A stretch of 64,000 nt of DNA from Selaginella moellendorffii (lineage: Eukaryota; Plantae; Lycopodiophyta). The position numbers and the translations under genes are program-made. The stretch spans positions 2,790,719 through 2,854,718 of the forward strand of contig NW_003314273.1 in the NCBI RefSeq assembly GCF_000143415.4, in the 5' to 3' direction. Under the pieces are notes generated by a model. The model made no database searches. It was not told the origin of the DNA and saw only the letters and a list, made by a program, of their open reading frames with translations. Below are positions 12,094 to 22,889 of this stretch, piece after piece (positions within the stretch are counted from its first letter, which is position 1; every line of letters begins with the position of its first letter).

Positions 12094-13030
12094 ATGTATG
12101 GTCAAGAGGTTTTATTGGATGGAATAAAAAAGTGTAGCAATCTATCTGCAGCTTGTAAGCTTCACAATGAGATCAAGCACCTCCTTGCGGCAGGAGATTG
12201 TTTGGCATCCAATTTTCTGGTGCAAATGTATGGGAGGTGTGGATGCCCTGAGGCGGCATGGCAAGTATCTAGATCGAGGAGTGGAATGCCATGCCACATC
12301 AAACAGCCATCTTGACCAAGCAAAGCAGTTATTTGATCGAATGGGAGCTTGCTTCATGGTCGATCATGATCACTGCGTTCTCTCGGCATGGCTTACTCCT
12401 GTTTTTTATTCCTCCTATTATTTATTTTATTTTATTTAGAGAGAGAGAGAGAGAGAGGCCGGAATGCAATGATAGTCTGCCACAAACGGGCATTTGGATA
12501 AAGAAATGCATCTTTGAGCTTATGCCGGAAAGGAGCTAATCTCTTAGACCACAATTCTATCAAAGACCACCAACATATGCCAATTAAGGACTCTGTTTAT
12601 GTCGAGAGATCTTGTTTCTTGGAAATTGCTCCTCTGTCGTTCACGCCCAGTGCTTTGGCCACCCTCATAAGGATTTGGTTGCGTCCACTGCTTTGCTTGT
12701 TATCTTGGCGGAAAGTGGCTGCTTCACGAGTCCATGGAGTGTTGTCTTGTGCTGTGCTTACGCATATCATGACGACAGTAGGCTGAGCAGAATTTTTACA
12801 GCATACAGCGTTTGCTTGCACTGCAATGCTGCGCTTGTATTCTCAAGAACGGACTCAGCCATATATTTAGGTCTGCCTGATCAAGGCGAGCATTTAGTCC
12901 GAAAGAATCTCTTTGATGCGAGACGAGACCGCCATACCATCGAAACAATGCCGATCACAGCGTGATACCAGATTGTGCCCGAAATGGACGTATGCTTTTT
13001 GCGAAGAGAATCTTTGACAACTCCAATGTT
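12094..13030 (+). pseudogene. PPR relic (type B)
   Basis: MYGQEVLLDGIKKCSNL...VQMYGRCGCPEAAWQ, followed by heavily deleted PPR motifs. Confidence 0.75.
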
Positions 13031-13172
13031 TTTGAATATTTTTGTTCATCGATAAGAATATTTATCTACTTCATCACCGAATCCTATGTGGACTACATGG
13101 CAAAGAATTTCGTCTCCATAAAGGTTGATTGGATTTTCCCTTTCTCAGCACTTCAAAAAACTAATTTTTAGA

Positions 13173-13559
13173 ATGGGTGTGCGATTGATAGTTTCCATTG
13201 TTGCGCTTGCGGCTTTGATCATTCCTAAAACATTTGGGTGTGGGGATTTCTCACTTACTTGTAATATAGTTGAATTCAACTTAACCACTATTCATTTAGA
13301 ATGGTGTCTCCCTGGAAAATCTGAGATTTATTTGGTCTTGGACAATCACATCCACAATGATAATGGGAATTTAAAGTGTGGCGGGGCAAATTTCTTAGAG
13401 ACATGCACGCCCACAGGTTGCATGCACAACAATGAAAACATCCCAAAGTTGGTCTACTATGCGACGTGCAAAGACAACAGTGGTGCGGATCATGAAACTA
13501 ATCTCCGAATTGATGATTGTGTCTACAACAACCAAGGAACCATCCAAGATTGTGCATGA
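13173..13559 (+). CDS. Secreted cyanovirin-N homolog (CVNH) lectin, 128 aa
   Basis: Signal peptide plus the two CVNH half-repeats (FSLTC / NFLETC; LDNHIHNDNGNL / IDDCVYNNQGTI). The ATG is preceded by 'ctaatttttag'. Confidence 0.8.
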   Translation: MGVRLIVSIVALAALIIPKTFGCGDFSLTCNIVEFNLTTIHLEWCLPGKSEIYLVLDNHIHNDNGNLKCGGANFLETCTPTGCMHNNENIPKLVYYATCKDNSGADHETNLRIDDCVYNNQGTIQDCA

Positions 13560-13586
13560 TTATATGGTTTTTTCTTACAGAGAACC

Positions 13587-15530
13587 ATGTTAGCACCAGA
13601 TTGTCGAGAGCTTTTGTTGGATGCAATAAAGAAGTGTACCAATCTGTCCACAGCTTCCAAGCTCCACAATGAGATTGAGCACCTCCTCGTGGCAGAAGAC
13701 TGCTTGGCATGCAATTTGGTGGTGCAAATGTATGGGAGGTGTGGATGCCCAGAGGCAGCATGGCAAATCTTTCGTGGCTCTACATCACGGAATCGATTCT
13801 CGTGGAATGCTATGCTCTCTGCCTTCGCATCAAACAGCTATCTTGACCAAGCAAAGCAGTTGTTTGATCGGATGCCCGAATGGGATGTTGCTTCATGGTC
13901 GATCATGATCACTGCCTTCTCTCGGCATGGCTTACTCCTACAGGCAAAAGAAGTTTTCGATTCCATGAGAGAGAGAGGCCTTATAGCATGGAACGCAATG
14001 ATCTTAGCATATGCCAGAAACGGGCATTTGGATAAAGCAATGCAGCTCTTTGAGCTTATGCCAGAAAGGAGCTTAATTTCTTGGACTACAATTATATCCA
14101 AATCCACCAGCTTGTTTCAAATAACGACACTCTTCAGCTCCATGCCTGAGAGAGATCTTGTTGCTTGGAACTCTCAACTATCAGCACTTGCCCAAGCTGG
14201 GCATTTGCAGGAGGCGAAGCACATCTTCTCCAACATGCCAGAATTTGATGCTCTGTCTTTTACGTCCATGATTCAGTGCTTTGGCCAGCACGGCCTTTTG
14301 GAAGATGCCAAGTATTTCTTCCTCGCGCTGCCTCACAAGGATTTGGTTGCCTGCACGGTTTTGCTTGTCGTCTTGGTGGAAAGTGGCTGCTTTCACGAGG
14401 CAAAGAATCTGTTCGAGTCGATGGAGTGTATAGATGTGGTTTCATGCGCGGTAATCCTGTCCGCTTACGCAGATCACGACGACAGCAGCATCGCGGAGGC
14501 TGAGCAAATTTTTTACAACATGCAGCGCCAGAACGCGTTTGCTTGCACTGCAATGCTGCGCTTGTATTCTCGGCGAGGACGGACTCACGACGCCGAAGCC
14601 ATATATTTAGGTCTGCCTGTTCAAGGCGAGCATTTAGTCCCGTCAACCGCTCTCATTACAGCATATGCTAGCAACGGGCATCTGGAAAAGGCAAAGAAAC
14701 TCTTTGATGGAATGAGGGAGCGAAACGAGGTTACCTGGACTGCCATGCTGACAGGATATGTAAACAACCACAGGCTAGAGGACGCCCTGTGTATTTTTGA
14801 AAAAATGCCGGGTCACGACGAAATACTACTGATTGTGCTCGTGTCGGCATATGCCCGAAGTGGACATATGCTTCTTGCCAAGAGAATTTTTGACAACTCC
14901 AATGAAAAGAGCGCTATTGCTTTCAATGCTCTCTTGTGTGGTTTTTCATTAAATTCTCAGGTACTGGAAGCCAAAAGTGTGTTCGATTCAATCCAAGAAA
15001 GAAACCAATCTTCATGGAGTGCAATTCTTTCTACATATACCCAAAACGGGCATCTGGATATGGCAAATCGGATATTCTTAACAATACCGGACAAGGATCT
15101 CATATCTTGGGACACAATGCTGGCGGCATACTCTCGGATTGGGGCCATTTCCAGAGCCTTGGATGCCTTGCAAACCATGGTCACTACTAATACACCTGAT
15201 GAAGCTAGCTTAACAGCTTTGCTCACGTCGTGTGCTCACAAAGGCACTGCTGCCATAGCTCGGGATCTCTTTGTGTCTTTCCAGTTTGATCACTCCATCA
15301 AACCCTCAAAGCAACACTACTCGTGTATGATTGGTGTGCTTGTCCGGTCAGGGTATATCCAAGACGCTGAGAATCTTCTGTGGGAGATGCCATACTACCC
15401 GGATTCCATGGATTGGAAGTGCTTGCTTGGAGCTGTAGCGAGTGGAGATGCAATGAAAAATGCCATTAGTGTGGAGCCTAGTAACAGTGCTCCATATGTT
15501 CTTATTGCCAATTCTCACATAGTTACATAG
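13587..15530 (+). CDS. PLS-class PPR protein with E-like extension, no DYW (putative organellar RNA-editing factor), 647 aa
   Basis: Tandem ~31-aa repeats (SWNAML.AFA..GHL..AK.LFD.MPE) and the C-terminal HYSCMIGVLVRSG...WKCLLGA...EPSNSAPYVLIAN. Uninterrupted ORF. Confidence 0.9.
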   Translation: MLAPDCRELLLDAIKKCTNLSTASKLHNEIEHLLVAEDCLACNLVVQMYGRCGCPEAAWQIFRGSTSRNRFSWNAMLSAFASNSYLDQAKQLFDRMPEWDVASWSIMITAFSRHGLLLQAKEVFDSMRERGLIAWNAMILAYARNGHLDKAMQLFELMPERSLISWTTIISKSTSLFQITTLFSSMPERDLVAWNSQLSALAQAGHLQEAKHIFSNMPEFDALSFTSMIQCFGQHGLLEDAKYFFLALPHKDLVACTVLLVVLVESGCFHEAKNLFESMECIDVVSCAVILSAYADHDDSSIAEAEQIFYNMQRQNAFACTAMLRLYSRRGRTHDAEAIYLGLPVQGEHLVPSTALITAYASNGHLEKAKKLFDGMRERNEVTWTAMLTGYVNNHRLEDALCIFEKMPGHDEILLIVLVSAYARSGHMLLAKRIFDNSNEKSAIAFNALLCGFSLNSQVLEAKSVFDSIQERNQSSWSAILSTYTQNGHLDMANRIFLTIPDKDLISWDTMLAAYSRIGAISRALDALQTMVTTNTPDEASLTALLTSCAHKGTAAIARDLFVSFQFDHSIKPSKQHYSCMIGVLVRSGYIQDAENLLWEMPYYPDSMDWKCLLGAVASGDAMKNAISVEPSNSAPYVLIANSHIVT

Positions 15531-15571
15531 ATTAGATATTTACAAGAGATTATATCAAATTACAAATTTTC

Positions 15572-16910
15572 TTAGAAGGTGGCATGGTTTTGGATGGCTA
15601 TTTGATCAGCATTTCTAAAGATCCCATGGAATCCACCAGCAGGCAGCTCTTCAGAAGCCACTATCTCAAGCGTGGGCGATTTGGCATCCATGGCCAAAAG
15701 CTCCGAGACACCATTTTTCTCATCATGGACGTAGCTTAGGATGACGTATCCATCGTCTTCTTCCTCGCCATTCGCCACAAAGAAAGCCTCGCCACAAAAC
15801 TTACCACATTCGAATCTCCTCGATGCCATAACGCATGGCTCGTTTAGATCCGGGTCACTTGTTCCATCGATTACCGCCCTGGGCAGCTGTGGAGTGTCCA
15901 GATCGACCTTGGCCAGGCCCGAGATTTTGGGGCATGGCCCATAGTAGCACATGTATATGTACTGATTCTTCCGCCCCAGGAATTTCTGATTCATCTGTCC
16001 AAAATCCAGTCCAGCCGAGCACACGTGTTGCTTCCACGACTGTCCAGATTGAGCATGAACCTTGACCGCACTCTGACCGCGTTGACTGCAACCTGCCGGC
16101 CTGAAGTCGTCGCTGAAGCCGATGTTCCTCAGGTCCCGGGTCCAGACGAGCTGGGATGTGTTCGTTGTCCGATTTGGGTGTGTTCACTGGAAGGACACGG
16201 AGCTGCTCGAGCACACCAACCTCTGTGCGATCCACCCGATGAGTTGGGTACGTATGCGTAGCTGGGCTATGTTCGTTGTTTGATTTGCCTGTGCTTAATG
16301 TCTCATGTGGTTGATTATAACAATCTTGTCCATCCCTTCCTCCCACGTGTTGATGTAGTGGAATGATGTCCAATCTGGGACGTCAATCCAGCAAATGCCG
16401 GAAGATCCAACAGTCGGGATGCAAGGGATCACCCCGAATCTGGGAACCTTGGCGGTATCTCCATCAATGACCAGTTTGTTCTTGAGCACTACATCCTGGA
16501 ACTTCATCACGAGCTGATTCTCTGGAAGGATTGTGTAGTTCTCTGTTATCGTGAAGTCGTGAAACAAGCACGGCAGCCACACGTCGAAATCGGGGCTCTT
16601 CCTCCCAGAAGTAGCAGAGGTGGGGATTGATCACTGGATTGAAGCTAACAGCGAAGAGCTCGCTGGAGATTGGATCGATCTTTGGATGAGCGCACATCAG
16701 CAAGAACAATCGCTTGTTGAAGCTGTAGCGGCCCATGGTGATCAAATCCCCTGCTGGGGTGATACTCACGGCATATGGCATATCATCCTCGGACATAGCC
16801 AGAATTCGGCAAAACCTCCAACGCTGGGATGGCCTACTTCGATCCCATCCCGCCAAAGATATTGATCAGGCCCAGACATTGCGACCAAATTAACTGTGCA
16901 ATTGGCATAC
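15572..16910 (-). pseudogene. CCD pseudogene with captured FAD-oxidase fragment
   Basis: MCAHPKIDP, LFHDF and GFHGIF are retained. The 5' region is deleted, the frame is shifted, and a foreign insert lies at ~16052-16318. Confidence 0.85.
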
Positions 16911-17193
16911 CTAAATATATTGATCCCTGCAATCGAATTTTAGAGCTCTTGAGCCATACGCATAGATAAGATCAATATTTTAGGGCTTACTCTGTCTTGA
17001 ATGGAAACAATGCGCGTGAGACAAATAATTGTGTGTCGGCATGCTTCTTGGAGGGGATGAAAAGGGTAAGGTCCCATGCTTCCTAGACGGGCACGAGTGG
17101 ACCAAAAACAAAGCTAGATATATTCAATCTTGATTCATGTCTCCTAACATGAAATATCCTCTCTGCTTTAGAATAATGTAATTTTAGGTGGTC

Positions 17194-17740
17194 ATGCGTT
17201 CGCAAGCGAGGTTTTGCTGGATGGAATAAAGAACCATATCCAATTTACCCACATCCATCCACAATGAGATCAAGCACCTCCTCAGCGGCGGGAGATTGTT
17301 TGGCGTTCAATTTGGTGGTGCAATGTATATGAGGCGTGGATGCCCATAGGTGGCATGGCAAGTCTTTTGCGGCTCTAGATCCAGGAAATGATGCTGGTTG
17401 ATTGAATGCCCGAGTGGGACGAGCATGACCACTGCCTTCTCTCGGTATGGATTCCTCCAACAAGCAGTTATGCCACTAACAGGCATTTGGATAAAGCAAC
17501 GAGCTAATGCCAGAAAGGAGCTTAATCTCCTAGAGCACGATTATGTAAGGATATGGTCTTGTTTCTTGCCCTGGTTTGCTCTTATTACAGCTGGAAAAGT
17601 TAAAGCATTGAATGTGTGAAACGACAATGTGAACTGCCATGCTGACAGCATGTAAAGAACCAAAGGTTAGAGGGAGCGCTGTGAATGTTGAAAAAAGGCC
17701 GGATCACGTTTTGCTAAGAGAACATTTGGATGCGAATTTT
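17194..17740 (+). pseudogene. PPR relic (type C)
   Basis: Homologous to 3090-3633 and degenerate. Confidence 0.65.
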
Positions 17741-18545
17741 AGCTTGCTTGATGTGCATTATAGCATTTTTTTTCTCTTTCTGAGCAGAATTAAGATAGTT
17801 CTACTGCGATTTGACTAGCGAAGAATTGGCAGCGTGGAACTTTTGCTGTTGTTCATCATTTTCCTGTCTTTATTCTCTTAAATTTTGGTGTTCGTGACGA
17901 TTTTTGTCCCTGCTAAAGGATAAAACTTTCTGAAGATTCTTCCATAGCAGTTTCACGTTAGCAGAGAGAACATTAGGTATAAACCATGAAATGTTTCATC
18001 CAGATACAAAATATTTGTTGAAGTCTGTGTCAATTGTTGGTTGAGAGTATGGACAAGCTTCAGCCCCTGTTAAACACTAAGTTTTCAAGCCTGTTAATCT
18101 CTTTGCGTTATGTTGTTATTTTCTCAGTGACAATTAGTACAGACCTCTTTGGATATATGGACCAAGCATAGGATGCGGAAAGCTCCAAGACCATGTGTTG
18201 AAGAGCCAGGCTGCTCCAGCTGACGTGGCAGTGAGATAATTGGGTTCTAGGCAATGGTCTAAATCCAAGTAGCAATTCGCAAAAATTCACAAAAACAAAA
18301 GAAGAAAATCCTACTAACAATGGTTATCAAGAATTCCAGGCTGTCTATCCATTCTAATAAACAAAGGCACTGTGAGGGCTAGTGTACGGCTACAATGTCA
18401 TATACTAATATTGGTGTAGTGGGATTTTGGTAGCCATCGGATTGGTTTCAATCCAGACCACTCGCTTTTGTATATAAGCTAGAGTTCTTGGGCTAATTAA
18501 TATGCACATTTCTGTATTCCCTTTCCATATTCCATGCACTCACAT

Positions 18546-18592
18546 TGGTGAAGGTGAGGGGCATCGATTCCCTTACCTATCGTAAGCAAAGC
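18546..18592 (+). other. Extended primer-binding site complementary to the 3' ~47 nt of tRNA-Ala(UGC)
   Basis: TGGTGAAGGTGAGGGGCATCGATTCCCTTACCTATCGTAAGCAAAGC lies directly after the 5' LTR and aligns gap-free to the reverse complement of a plant tRNA-Ala as recalled from memory. Confidence 0.65.
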
Positions 18593-19811
18593 AATAGGTA
18601 AGGGGATTGATGATTGATCGGTTTGGGTCTAAGGACACAATTTATCTTGGGTACTGTATTTCTCGTGAGGGTTTATAAGTTGATTTTGACAAACTTGTAA
18701 ATGTTCTAAAGTTCCTTACTTCGAAATGTGTGAATGATATGCAACGCTTTCTGAGCAAGGTGCAGTATCTCGGTTGTTTTGTGGATCATCTTTCTGATCG
18801 CATTGCATTGTTGCGAGCATTGCTGAAGTCGTCAATGTCATTTTTCATCTGGTCTTCAGATTGTGAGCGGGCGTTTGTGGATCTCAAAGTGCTGTTAACG
18901 ACTCCTCCAGTTTTGGCATATCCTGACTACAGTCGACCTTTTATTTTGCGCGTCGATGCTTCTGATATTGGTCTTGGAGGTGTATTAATGCAAGAAAGTT
19001 CGAGTGTGCCTGGTCAGCGTCATTCTATTGCATATATAAGCTGTACATTACAACCAGCAGAGGTGAACTACTCCACGATAGAGAAGGAGTGTTTAGCGGC
19101 AGTTTGGGGTTTCGAGAAACTTCATGCATATCTACATGGTTCTCGGACGTTACTTGAAGGTAATCATGTTGCCGTTCATTATTGAAGTGGAAGAACTTGG
19201 TTGGTTATACTGTTTGGTGGGCTTTGAAGCTTTAGATATATGATTTTGATGTTGTTTATCGCTTAAGGAGTTCTATGGCTGATGTTGATGCCCTTTTTGA
19301 GCTCTTCTTCCTTCTCCACTCTCTTTTCATGTTTTTGATAAGCTTGTTGTTTCAGCATCTGTGGATTTTCTAGACGAGGATTTTGTGCCATCGGCGGTTG
19401 ATATACTTAACGTTCAGTGTCCTTAAGGCACAAAGCAAAATCTACCTTCTCTTGATGAGGTTCGCGAGGCTCAAAAGATTGAGCCGTGGATTCAAAGGCT
19501 TTGAAATGCATTTGAGAATCCTGCATCACTTGCTAATGACTTGCCTTTCCAGCATTTACATTCTCAATATCATCTTGAAGATGGCCTTCTTTATTTTGTG
19601 GGGATGGATCCTGATGATCATTTACGGCTGGTGGTGCCTTCTATCTTTATTCTGCGGTTTTTCCATGCCTACCATGATTCTCCTGTTATAGGTGGGCATA
19701 TGGGACATCGTTGGGTGACTGAGAAGTTACGCAAGACTTTCTATTGGCCAAAGATGCGCCGTGATGTTATCCGGTATGTGTGTAGTTGTGTTTGGTGCCA
19801 AGCTCGTAATA

Positions 19812-20100
19812 CTCCCCCTTGTACTGCGGAAGGATGGTTTGAGTCAATTGCAGTTATGTAGCGCATCTTATCTCTCTCCCCTTAAACCAACTGGAAAATG
19901 GGCAATTGCTTGATGAGAGAGCCCTTAGTGGCTATTTTATCCCCATTTATCCCCCAACTCCCCCTTGTACTGCGGAAGGACGGTTGGAGTCAATTGCAGT
20001 TTTGTAGCGCACCTTATCTCTCTCCCCTTAAGCTAATTGGAAAAGGGGCAATTGCTTGATGAGAGAGCCCTTAGTGGCTATTTTATCCCCATTTATCTCC
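19812..20100 (+). repeat. ~146-bp tandem duplication spanning the integrase/TRIM junction
   Basis: CTCCCCCTTGTACTGCGGAAGGA...TGTAGCGCA...CCCCATTTATC occurs at ~19812 and again at ~19958. Confidence 0.8.
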
Positions 20101-20655
20101 CAAGGTTCCAAGGATCCACGGTGACAATATATCCAAATCTCATCCCATGATCACATGCGCTACACTCACCCCCCTTTCAGAGATGTCAATGTCCTCATTG
20201 ACTATTGACTAACAACCCCTACTGAGCCAAGGGGAACCAGCACCTCCATTTCCGCACTCAATCTACCAGCTATTCCATGTGAGGCAACTAGTCATCCACC
20301 CGTACCGCAGTCCCACGGTGGATACCTTCGTCCGTGGATACACCACACAAGAGGAAGGACGTACGCATGGATGCCCAATACGTACGATTTCAAATTTAGG
20401 GGTAGGAATATACCTTGCTCAAGGGTATATTATACTTTTAAGTAATCACTAATCAATGGGAATCGAACCCGTGCCATTTGCTTCGATACCAACTGTAGCG
20501 CACCTTATCTCTCTCCCTTTAAGCCAACTGGAAAAGGGGCAATTGCTTGATGAGAGAGCCCTTAGTGGCTATTTTATCCCCATTTATCCCCCAAGGTTCC
20601 AAGGATCCACAGTGACAATATATCCAAATCTCATCCCATGATCACATACGCTACA
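20003..20655 (-). mobile_element. TRIM (terminal-repeat retrotransposon in miniature) nested in the Gypsy integrase
   Basis: 162-bp LTRs at 20003-20164 and 20494-20655 with TGTAGCG...CGCTACA ends. 5-bp TSD AGTTT. Minus-strand PBS TGGTATCGAAGC (tRNA-iMet type) and PPT AAAGGGGGGTGAG. Non-coding ~330-bp interior. Confidence 0.9.
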
Positions 20656-22889
20656 AGTTTCCCGTCCATTTGAGTTGGTGGCATTTGATCTCATAGGACC
20701 TTTTCCACGGTTGATTGCTGACAATGAGTATGTTATTATTGCTTCTGACTACTTGACTCGTTGGGTGGAAGTTGGTGCTCTTGCTAGTGCTTTTGCAACT
20801 GATGTTGGATACTTCCTCCTCAATCGAGTGGTGTTCCAGCATTCTTGTCCAGAGCAAATTCTTTTGGATAATGGTCTTGCATTTATGGTTGAGGCATTTC
20901 ATATTTTGACATCTCAGTTGGGGATACGCTACACTTTCACGAGTGTTTATCATCCACAATCAGACAATCTGGTGGAATGGCTCGTTCGGATATTCAAAGG
21001 GATGATAGTGAAGTATATGAACTTTTAGCATTCGGATTGGGATGGTTATTTGCCGTCTCTTTGGTATGCCTATGTCATAGGGGTGTAGAGTTCTATTAGT
21101 GCTTCACCATACAAACTTATATATGGTCATGATCCAATATTACCAATGGAGCTAGGTTTACCTTTGCGATTGCCACAAGCTCCTGATGCTAGGTCGTGGG
21201 ATCAATATTTGATGAGCATTCTTCCACTTGTCTAAGCAGAGTTTGCCGAACACTTAGGCCGCGTACAAGTGGGACAATAACGGTGCTACAACTCCCATCA
21301 TCATCCACCAGCAGAGTACAAAGTGGATGATTTAGTGTTAGTCCGTTTTCCCCATATTACGGTACATTGTTTATCTAAGGGGCTCTTTGCACAATGGAAA
21401 GGACCGTATCGGGTGTTACAGCAAGTTGGACTGCAAGTTTATGAACTTTGGCATGACGTTCAACAGGCTGATCCTCTGAAGATTGTGCATGTGCAGCGGT
21501 TAAAACGCTTCATACAAAGGGATCAAGAGTAATTAATACCATCTACAGATCCGCCAATGCCTCCTCCTAACGTTCCTCCAAATCCCAGCATGTCTACAAG
21601 AGAACTCTGATGGCCTTCCATTATTCTGAGAGCAGAGGATGATGTGAGGGCCAAGTATACGGCTACGATGCGGTATATTAATATTAGCGTAATAAGATTT
21701 TAGTAGCTGTCAGATTGGTTTCAATCCGGACCATTCATTCTTGTATATAAGCTAAGGTTTTTAAGCTAATTGTATTCCCTTTCCACACTCACAGCACTAA
21801 ATTTAGAGAGAAAAAATGTTGTAATGTATATAATTTAAGATTAATCTAAATGATGATAAATATATTAGGATACACAGGAGATGCCGGTGTGTTAAATTAA
21901 AGGATATTCTAGGTACCCATCTTGCAAACCAAAATTTAGCTTTGGACGATCATCTTATTGAAAGAAATTCAGGCAAGCATTCTTTTGATTGCCTAAAGTT
22001 TGCTCTTTTCTAGAGAGAGTTTTGGTCTAATGCTTCAGTGAGACCATGTAAACCGTCTGAATAAATGAATGAATTAATGAGTGGAAAAAAGAGCAGAGAA
22101 ACAACTTGAACGTCAAGGTAAAAAATAAACACTTCCTCTCTTTACTTGGGTATCTTTTTTTTTCTTGCCTGCTCTCAAGCTCGTCCGGCTTGTCCCCAGC
22201 AGCTCCAGGGTACTCTTCTGAAGCCACCAGCTTGTAACACCAAGAAGACGTTGTGTGTTGCCTGCCAACAATTCTCTCTCTCCTAGCTTCTTGGCTGTGT
22301 TAGAATCCGCCTCTAATCTTCTTCTATGCTCTCTTAGCTCTTTGTTGTGGTTGTTGCCACCACCATTTGCAAAATCATACAAAAGGATTCTCATTTAACA
22401 TATAGCTTTCTAAGCTTTGTGGAGCTAGCCAGCACAAGTTACCAGAAATCTTTCTTGGCCACACCAACTCACTGGATACCTCCTTCAACAGTTCTCTCAT
22501 GCTAGGATCTGTGTTTTCACAGTTGATCAAAAGCAAGTCAAACATTTCTTTCCTACAACACTACAAAGGGCTAAGCTTGGCATCGAGCCTCACCACTTGA
22601 AAATCATAGTTCCATTTTCCACAGTTCAAACTTTGAGCTAAACTTATAACTGGATAGGGTCATATTTAAAAGATATAACAATAAAGTATCTTATTATGGT
22701 GGTAGTGATATCACATCATCGCTATTGCGATAGCTCGTCCCCAGCCGCTTAACCCTTCTCTTGGTCTCTCCTGGTATGCTCTCGTCTCACAAACTGCTGC
22801 AGAACATGTTACTACGATCGATTGATGATCAAATTGCAATATATCCCACATGCTTGTAAGTATACCACCTCGCACACAAGACATATATC

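Larger units (their letters stand above)
18371..21793 (+). mobile_element. Internally deleted Ty3/Gypsy LTR retrotransposon
   Basis: LTRs 18371-18544 and 21643-21793 (TGTGAG...CTCACA). 4-bp TSD GCAC, with the empty site AAAGGCACTAAATTT at ~7732. RT end/RNase H (PFILRVDASDIGLGGVL, NYSTIEKECLA) and integrase (H..GGHMG, C..C, DLIGP) remnants. gag and protease are absent. Confidence 0.9.

Noticed and set aside
13125-13172. N-terminal extensions of CVNH given by the ORF track (also 6399-6461)
   Set aside because: They start at non-ATG codons inside a probable 5' UTR intron. The ATG before the signal peptide is the credible start.
15300-15530. DYW deaminase domain on the PPR proteins
   Set aside because: The ORFs end within the E region. 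There is no HxE...CxxC or DYW.
18546-18592. Functional tRNA-Ala gene on the minus strand
   Set aside because: The 5' half is absent, CCA is encoded, and it abuts an LTR. It is better explained as a PBS.
20003-20655. Cassandra (5S rRNA-bearing TRIM)
   Set aside because: No recognisable 5S rRNA segment in the LTRs.
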